A DNA stretch of 23,668 nucleotides from a bacterium (lineage in GTDB: Bacteria > Hinthialibacterota > Hinthialibacteria > Hinthialibacterales > Hinthialibacteraceae), in contig CAXXSM010000166.1 of the NCBI GenBank assembly GCA_963663405.2, positions 1 through 23,668 of the forward strand, read 5' to 3'. Of the stretch, positions 17,372 to 23,668 are shown piece by piece. How positions within the stretch are numbered: position 1 is the first letter of the stretch; every line of letters begins with the position of its first letter. A program made the translations under genes and the position numbers. Under the pieces are notes generated by a model. The model had not been told where the DNA came from. It did not search any database and saw only the letters and a program-made list of their open reading frames with translations.

Positions 17372-20344
17372 TCACTCTGCCAGTTCAGGAAACGATTGAA
17401 CGGCTATGGCCCAATCGGAACAATATGGCGCGCGCCAATTGTATCGTTTCATTTCGAATGTTCCTATATCGATTTCCACATTTTCTTTCTTCGTGTCTAC
17501 GGCTATGGCGGTCATTGGTTGAGAGAGATCAGTAAAATCCATTTTCAGGTGTGTACAATCTTCTTTATAAAATAAGAATAATGAATGATTTGAATGCTTT
17601 AAACAAAAACCGTCTGTGCGTGAATTATCTTCTACCATATCTTTGAAAAATCGATTTGTAAAAAAAACAGCGTAGGTTTTCATCCATTCAGGATGAGGGT
17701 AAGGAGCCGATCCACCCGCACCAGAACCTTCATTCAAAAGATTTCCCCAAATATTGGCTACTCCGCCGGCCATGGTTGAGTGCCACAGTCCACGGCGAGT
17801 CATTTCTTCGTCATAATCTTTATCGGGATATCGTGAAGGCCAGCGGATGCGAAATCGGTCTTCGGAAAAAGCCGGCTTAGAAGGCCTGTGTTTAAGCGCG
17901 GCGAGATAAACCTCATAGGTGGGGCGATGATGCTCATAACTCGCGTAATCCAGGCCATCATAGATGGTTTGATTGGAATGATCGGTACCTTTGCGAGGGC
18001 CTCCCGGACGGCCCCCGAGTAAATGCTCCCATCCAAATTGTTGATGCATAAACGAGTGCCACTCCCTCAGATCATCTTCGGAAACCCACTCGAATAAGTC
18101 AAATCCATACCCCATTGTCCAGCCCGGAAGGGGGCCTAATCGTGCGGCGATGTAACGTTGCAGCCGTTTATCGGCAGGACCATTCTTCCCCCATCGGACT
18201 GGTGTCATATGCCGTTGTTCATCACCCCATGCCCATAGATGAATGAATCCTCCAGCGGTGTGTACAGAAGTGATCAATTGTTCGAGCGCTTCAAAGGTTT
18301 TCAAATCGGGATTTGGATCATCACTATCAATGTCATCGTATTTCGTTTGATTCCAATCAAACCAGCGGCATAACACGCTCGTGTGAAATCCATTAAATCC
18401 GTGATGGACCAAAAATGTTTGAATGTCTTTTTGTATTTTCCCCGGATTGTTCGAAAAAGCGGGAAGATCGTCGTACATCACGAGTTGGGGAACGAATGCT
18501 TCATTTGTCCCCATCCATCCCCATTTATTTGCAAAATGAGTGACAAAGCCATGGATTCTTGGATTCGGATGAGGATTGACAATAACTTTACCAACAATCC
18601 CATCAAGACCGGATTCTTCACTGCGGGTTTGAAATGTCCATAAACCGGTTTTTACACCGGTGAACCGGAACGCCCATTTCCCATTGCCAGTATAAAACAT
18701 GCCGGTTGTACGCGTCTCTCCGTTGGGGTGAGAAAAGATTACATGAGCGTTTACATCAAATGGATTGTCCGCTTTCGATGAATGGGGAATCGTCCATTCC
18801 ACATAAGGAGACCATTGGGTGACAGTTCGATTTAAGCGTGTATCGGTCCCGTCGACAGTGATGGTTTGGTTCGCTGAAATATTTTGATGAACGGCTGTCG
18901 ATCCATCCAAGAATTTTACAACGATATCAACCGTTTTACATGCGCCTAATCCAAAGTGCAAGACTGGATCATTTTGACCAAGGTAACCGTTATTGCTGCG
19001 AGATTCCCGCATGCCCAGGATTACGTTTCCGATACGTCCGGAGGGATAGACAAACGTTTTGGCGCCAAAAGCGCCGTTTTGATTTTGAGGGGAATTCAAT
19101 CGGACCTTCAACCAGTTCCCCTGGTTGTAATCGTTCCGCACGAGCCAGTTCACCGACCGTTTCGCGCCGATCGCGAAATCGGGATCCCCATCGTTATCAA
19201 TATCCGCAAAGGCGATTCCACGTGGGTCGTTGATCCCAGATACTGGTATTGGGGAGCCGGCTGAAAACGTTCCAGTACCATCATTGATGTACATTTTGCG
19301 ATCTCCGGCAAACACCAGATCCTGATCCCCGTCGTTATATAAGTCGCTGAATCCCCCCATGTAACCTGCTGTGTCTGTAAACGATTGATGATGTAGAAAC
19401 GTTCCATTGCCTTGATTGATGTACAATGCCCCGTAGTCATCGCCCGCAAGCAGTAAATCCAGATCGCCATCGTTATCAACGTCGGCTGAAGTAATTCCAT
19501 CGTGGGCCAAGTGATGAATTCCCAAATCGGCCGGTGGAATAAGAGTAAATTGGCCGATCCCATCATTTTGTAGAATATTAACAGGGCCTGTTCGGTTGGC
19601 GGCGATAAGATCAATATCGCCGTCTCCATCAAAATCAGTATCCGTGGCGCCCTGACCAGCGGGACAGGTATTCCAATCTCCCGCATTGAAGGAAGTAAAT
19701 GTCAGTTTTCCTTCATTTCGGTAGATTTCATTTTGTTCGCCATGTGGATCGTTTGTCCCTTGATAATTGGTGACGCTGAATAGATCTAAATCACCATCAT
19801 TATCCATATCGAAAGCGAGCGCTCCGCGTGTCGGCCAACGGCGATCGAGTGATAGTCCGCTATCCCATGTAACCTCAGTAAAATTCCTGTTTCCATTATT
19901 GCGGAATATATTGTTGTGTGACGGATATTCCGGAGTGTCCCACGTCGTTCCGTTAAATACATCGTAATCACCATCATTATCCAGATCCGCAAACACAGTA
20001 CCGTGAGACCCACCATCGAAATCGTCAATCCCACGTTTTTTCCCCTCTTCAGCAAAAATACAATCACCCTTGTTGTGGAAAAATAATTCTGGCATGGGAT
20101 CGTTGAAGATCATGGTGATGCAGAGATCAGGTAAAGAATCCCCATCGATATCGGCGAACATAACGCCATGCCCACCCGTTAAATCAGATGGCCCACCGGT
20201 TCCCGCGGACTTTGTCATATTAGTAAAAGACGATTCCGCATTAACGATAGAGCCGGGGGTCAATACAAACCCGATTACGACAGACATAGCTGTATAAAGG
20301 GATAAGAAACATTTTAGATTGTTATATTGGCAAGGTGAAAACAC
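17372..20344 (-). CDS. Secreted fusion protein: FG-GAP/VCBS repeats + ASPIC/UnbV (CRTAC1-like) + DUF5060 + glycoside hydrolase-like TIM barrel
   Basis: Signal-like N-terminus (IVNA-E). Repeated DxDxDGDxD motifs. ASPIC motif GYLGQNDPVLHFGLG. DUF5060-like NPFDV..FSHPNG..GMFYTGNGKWAFRF. DUF4038-like RYIAARLG and RRGLWHSTMAGG. Start codon uncertain. Confidence 0.85.
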   Translation of the reverse strand: MFSPCQYNNLKCFLSLYTAMSVVIGFVLTPGSIVNAESSFTNMTKSAGTGGPSDLTGGHGVMFADIDGDSLPDLCITMIFNDPMPELFFHNKGDCIFAEEGKKRGIDDFDGGSHGTVFADLDNDGDYDVFNGTTWDTPEYPSHNNIFRNNGNRNFTEVTWDSGLSLDRRWPTRGALAFDMDNDGDLDLFSVTNYQGTNDPHGEQNEIYRNEGKLTFTSFNAGDWNTCPAGQGATDTDFDGDGDIDLIAANRTGPVNILQNDGIGQFTLIPPADLGIHHLAHDGITSADVDNDGDLDLLLAGDDYGALYINQGNGTFLHHQSFTDTAGYMGGFSDLYNDGDQDLVFAGDRKMYINDGTGTFSAGSPIPVSGINDPRGIAFADIDNDGDPDFAIGAKRSVNWLVRNDYNQGNWLKVRLNSPQNQNGAFGAKTFVYPSGRIGNVILGMRESRSNNGYLGQNDPVLHFGLGACKTVDIVVKFLDGSTAVHQNISANQTITVDGTDTRLNRTVTQWSPYVEWTIPHSSKADNPFDVNAHVIFSHPNGETRTTGMFYTGNGKWAFRFTGVKTGLWTFQTRSEESGLDGIVGKVIVNPHPNPRIHGFVTHFANKWGWMGTNEAFVPQLVMYDDLPAFSNNPGKIQKDIQTFLVHHGFNGFHTSVLCRWFDWNQTKYDDIDSDDPNPDLKTFEALEQLITSVHTAGGFIHLWAWGDEQRHMTPVRWGKNGPADKRLQRYIAARLGPLPGWTMGYGFDLFEWVSEDDLREWHSFMHQQFGWEHLLGGRPGGPRKGTDHSNQTIYDGLDYASYEHHRPTYEVYLAALKHRPSKPAFSEDRFRIRWPSRYPDKDYDEEMTRRGLWHSTMAGGVANIWGNLLNEGSGAGGSAPYPHPEWMKTYAVFFTNRFFKDMVEDNSRTDGFCLKHSNHSLFLFYKEDCTHLKMDFTDLSQPMTAIAVDTKKENVEIDIGTFEMKRYNWRAPYCSDWAIAVQSFPELAE

Positions 20345-20487
20345 TGGGTGATCCTTTTCGTGAGCATGTTGCGTTTCTAGTTACACAGGTACCTACTGGA
20401 ATTGGATTTGCTGATTTGTTAATAGCTGGAGTATATCATATAACGGTTGGGAGCGCCAAGAATTAAAATAATTCACTTTTCCTTAGC

Positions 20488-20535
20488 TTCCACCACCATC
20501 ACAATAATAGTATTAATGAAAATGGCGGTTGGATT
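20488..20535. repeat. Dispersed ~50 bp imperfect hairpin repeat, copy 2
   Basis: 20 bp exact match (20516-20535) to 7906-7925, with a similar 5' arm TTCCACCACCATC. Confidence 0.7.
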
Positions 20536-20657
20536 TACTTTAACGTGAAGGAAATATGATGAGTGCTCTGTTGTAGTAAAATGTTCAAAAAAAGGGTATC
20601 TTCAAGGTGCGAAGGAATGATTTGGTGTGAGAACGTTATAATTCGAATACACTGCTT

Positions 20658-20843
20658 ATAGCGAAGTTGTGGAATGCTGATACCGGATTGGAAATTCTCA
20701 CCTTCAAAGGCCACGTCGAGCGATTGACTTCCGTTGCGTTTTCTCCGGATGGTAGGCGAGTTCTCACGGGGAGTATGGATGGCACAGCGCGTATTTGGGA
20801 CATTAATGATCTGACCAGCGTAGAGCAATGGAGTTTATTTTAA
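20658..20843 (+). pseudogene. 3' remnant of a WD40-repeat protein ending in the W-xx-phi tail
   Basis: IAKLWNADTGLEILTFKGHVERLTSVAFSPDGRRVLTGSMDGTARIWDINDLTSVEQWSLF* contains a canonical GH...WD repeat. An in-frame TGA at 20628-20630 lies just upstream and there is no credible start. Absent from the ORF track. Confidence 0.88.
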
Positions 20844-20882
20844 GCTTACTTATGAAGAAAAAAAAATTCAGGAGACAAAATC

Positions 20883-22146
20883 ATGATTAATTTCCTGCGT
20901 TTACATCTCACAAGTATGTTGGTAATTGTTTTCATAATTCATCCAGCAATTCTTGTAGCCCAAACCGTAGACGAACGTTTTACAACAGCTGAAATCCACA
21001 TACCCTAAATGCAGTTTGAGGTGGCGATTTTGGTGAATGGTGATCCGGGAGATATTACTGTTATTGAAACGCCACCGGTGTGATGGGCTATTGGCGGAAT
21101 CAATTCAAACGGATTGCTGAATGATGGCACTATTACATGGACGCTTCCCTCATTTGCTGGAAACGCGAAATTAATTTACAAGGTAACTCCTCCTTAAAGT
21201 GCAATTGAGGATGGGATTTTTTCAGGAACAGTAGGAGACAGCGAAATCGGGGGGATTTTCGATTCTGTATTACGAAGTAAAATCCGGGATTGCTGAATCG
21301 GAAGTAGAAAAAGTAGCCAACGCTTCAGGCAGCACGGAAGGCCCGGTTTGGCATAAGGATGGCTTTCTTCTATTTTGCGGGGTGGGTGTGATTAAGAAAT
21401 GGGCGCTGGGGCAAACGATTTCTAGCTGACGTCCCATCGGAGCCAACGGGCTGACATATGATCCGGAAGGACGATTGGTTGCCTGTGTTCCTGAAAACGA
21501 CCGCCGCGTTCTCCGAATCGAATCGGATGACAGCATCACGGAAATTGCGGATAACTATCAGGGAAAGAAATTCAACCTTCCCAACGACCTTTTTATTCAT
21601 TCCGATGGGATGATTTTCTTTACGGATACGGATTACACATTTCTAAGTGGGACTCAATCAGAAATGCCCGCTGGCGTTTACTGTATACGGCCGGGTAACC
21701 AACCTTTAAAAATAATCGAAAACAATTTGATCAATCCGAATGGTATCGCGCTTTCTCCGGATGAAACAAAAATCTATATTGCTGACTGTGAGGATTCCAT
21801 GCCCTGGATCGCGATGCCCTCGTTTCATGGAGTCCGAGCTTATGATGTGGCTGCCGATGGATCGTTATCCAAGGGAAAACAATTTGCTCCAACCGTTTGT
21901 GATGGAATGAAGGTGGATCAGGATGGGAATGTCTATCTCTCCGTGGGTTCTGTGGTGATCTACTCTCCGGAAGGTGAACTCATAGAAGTGATCCGTATTC
22001 CTGAATTTACCCGCAATCTCGCCTTTGGCGATGAGGATAACAAAACGCTGTATATCACTGCGGGAAACAGCGTCTATAAAGTTCGTGTTCGGTATCCAGG
22101 CGTTCGAGTGTGGAAATCCGGAATCGTGGATTGGCAGGACTATTAA
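20883..22146 (+). pseudogene. Secreted SMP-30/gluconolactonase-family protein with an N-terminal beta-sandwich-like domain, pseudogene
   Basis: AGGAG followed by ATG 20883, signal peptide ending ILVA-Q. In-frame stops at 21006, 21081, 21195 and 21427, and a frameshift near the G run at ~21250. SGL motifs TEGPVW, GANGL, PND, PNGIALSPD, DGMKVD, NLAFG. Ends KSGIVDWQDY*. Confidence 0.88.
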
Positions 22147-22289
22147 TTCGTATTCGATCGAAGTGGATTGCTTCTATATCCTTTTTCTGTTTCCGAGAAC
22201 CAAAAAGGTATTATAGAAATATGAATTCTCATGTACTTGCGAACACTCATTACATTCTTGCATATTATTAGTAATACATTCGGATTCTG

Positions 22290-22560
22290 CCTGGAGGTTC
22301 CTCTGTACAGAAATACAGTCATCCGTTTCGAAACGTTTCAGGTTTACTACAGTGCGCTGAAAGTTCTCCATCATACCACGCTGGATCTTGGGTGGTCATT
22401 GTTTGCAAAAGAAAAATTCGCCAACCCCGCCAAAAACGTCTGCCTTATCCCCTACCCCATTCCAAGGTTCGCACTTATCTTTCCGCCGTCAATAAATTCT
22501 CTTACTGGGTGGCTCTGGTTCTGATGTACGCATGCGGTCTCCGAACTTGTAAAGCCGTCT
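22290..22560 (+). pseudogene. Tyrosine recombinase/integrase fragment
   Basis: TFQVYYSALKVL..TLDLGWSLF, frameshift in the A-rich run at ~22410, then KIRQPRQKRLP...LVLMYACGLR (first catalytic Arg box). The HxxR and Tyr boxes are missing. Ends approximate. Confidence 0.72.
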
Positions 22561-22962
22561 GTGACCACCCCCATCGCTCTCTCTAAAACTCATTCATTTA
22601 TATGGTCTATTTTTCTCTTTTTACTATCCTGCTGAAACGAAAGGATCGTATAGTAAGATTGGAGTCGCGGCGGATCGTTTCATGTCATTTCTCCATCATG
22701 CATTTCGAAAACAACTTGAAGTATGACAGCCCATTCCTAATAAAATTCGTAGTTTCTTCGTGTCGTTTTGGATATCTATCGTATGATTACCTTCTCCCAT
22801 TTTGAATAATTTTTGCATTCGTCTATTGCCTATCCGGGGATTCCGGACAGGCAGTGTGGACCATGTTGGCATCCATCCACTTTACCCCCACACGCGATTC
22901 AATTGTCATGGATATTGAATGAAAATCACATTTACTATAATTCGGATATTTTTCTGTTTTAA

Positions 22963-22980
22963 TAGGATAAATTTATCCTA
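22963..22980. promoter_or_regulatory. Perfect 18 bp palindrome, candidate operator
   Basis: TAGGATAAATTTATCCTA is its own reverse complement and lies in the AT-rich region upstream of the last two genes. Confidence 0.5.
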
Positions 22981-23164
22981 ACAAACACTTTAAACAGCAA
23001 TTTCACTTCAATCATTTTAAATGCAATGTGTAATCCAATATGAAAAAATGAAACGTTCTTTTTATGCTGAGGCGATTTCTAGAAAGGAATCAATTTTGGA
23101 TTTTTTATTGCTAATAAAAGATATATCAGAAGTATTACTAATATTACAAAAAAGGTATGGTTAT

Positions 23165-23470
23165 TTGGAACAGAAGAGAATTTCAGAGATCGCATTTACG
23201 ATTTTGCACTACTTGAAAAATAATCCCGATGCGCAAGATACATTAGATGGAATTACATCTTTTTGGTTATTAAAACAAAAAATTCAATTTGAAATTGAAT
23301 ATGTTTTCCATGCATTAGATCTATTGGTACAGAAGGATATGATTTTGCCTAATCAGAATGTGCCCAGTCAGAAATTAGACAATGAAATTCATTATTGTGT
23401 TAATCCAAAGAAATTTGACATGATTGATCAAATCCTGGATGAATTGTATCCCCAGGATAAAGAGGATTAG
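23165..23470 (+). CDS. Small winged-helix-like hypothetical protein (YL..xPxAxDTLxGI..xWL family)
   Basis: ILHYLKNNPDAQDTLDGITSFWLL..VFHALDLLV. The likely start is TTG 23165 (AAGGT 8 nt upstream), within ORF 23021..23470. Confidence 0.7.
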   Translation: MEQKRISEIAFTILHYLKNNPDAQDTLDGITSFWLLKQKIQFEIEYVFHALDLLVQKDMILPNQNVPSQKLDNEIHYCVNPKKFDMIDQILDELYPQDKED

Positions 23471-23474
23471 TGCA

Positions 23475-23668
23475 TTGATTAATTCGCATATCTTCGAAAA
23501 CGATCTGCAGGAAACGATCCAGTTTGACTGGAATTATCTTGAGGGTGAAATAACGCTCTTGAACTTGCATCTAAAACGCGAGTTTTATCATCAGCAATTG
23601 GAACGTGGCAGCCAGTACAAAGAACTTCATCCATTCTCCGGATTTGTTTTGCAGGATGAAGATGTTCT
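23475..23668 (+). CDS. 5' part of a gene running off the window; resembles the N-terminus of eCIS-associated AAA+ ATPases
   Basis: GAGG 23462-23465 and TTG 23475, open to the window end: MINSHIFENDLQETIQFDWNYLEGEITLLNLHLKREFYHQQLERGSQYKELHPFSGFVLQDEDV. Product assignment is tentative. Confidence 0.5.
   Translation, partial: MINSHIFENDLQETIQFDWNYLEGEITLLNLHLKREFYHQQLERGSQYKELHPFSGFVLQDEDV

Noticed and set aside
4301-19967. Numerous short overlapping ORFs inside the long genes
   Set aside because: Alternate-frame or antisense ORFs without motifs, fully overlapping well-supported CDSs.
19150-20170. Recurrent ccatc(g/a)ttatc-like nucleotide repeats, considered as CRISPR or tandem repeats
   Set aside because: They are the coding signature of FG-GAP DxDxDGD motifs. 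There is no constant repeat-spacer structure and no cas genes.
20535-20828. 97 aa minus-strand ORF
   Set aside because: Antisense of the WD40 repeat remnant on the plus strand.

Overview
Bacterial, accessory-looking 23.7 kb window with four parts. (1) 1-6903 (+): a run of exported proteins: a beta-propeller remnant, a frameshifted unknown protein, a stand-alone unknown domain, and a signal-peptide-bearing dikinase-like protein whose phospho-His motif precedes a PPDK_N/ATP-grasp domain and whose C-terminal ~300 aa is paralogous to the upstream stand-alone protein. (2) 7080-15397: a NUDIX gene, a decayed GlpT/UhpC-type MFS gene, and a minus-strand set (Fe-ADH, ALDH, glutamine synthetase-like ligase, HAD, class I GATase) resembling a gamma-glutamylation amine/aminoalcohol catabolic pathway, with a group II intron DV/DVI remnant inside it. 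(3) 15935-22560: an IS4 element, an FG-GAP/ASPIC + DUF5060/GH-like fusion, and WD40, SMP-30 and tyrosine recombinase remnants. (4) 23165-end: two genes that resemble the start of a contractile injection system (eCIS)-type locus. The strongest unexplained signal is that six otherwise mostly unrelated proteins end in the same 9-residue motif, [T/S/V]-x-[V/I]-x-x-W-x-x-[Y/F/L], at or one residue before the stop. All four with a visible N-terminus have a Sec-type signal peptide followed by Gln. This suggests an undescribed C-terminal protein-sorting signal. All family calls come from motif recognition by eye; no searches were run.
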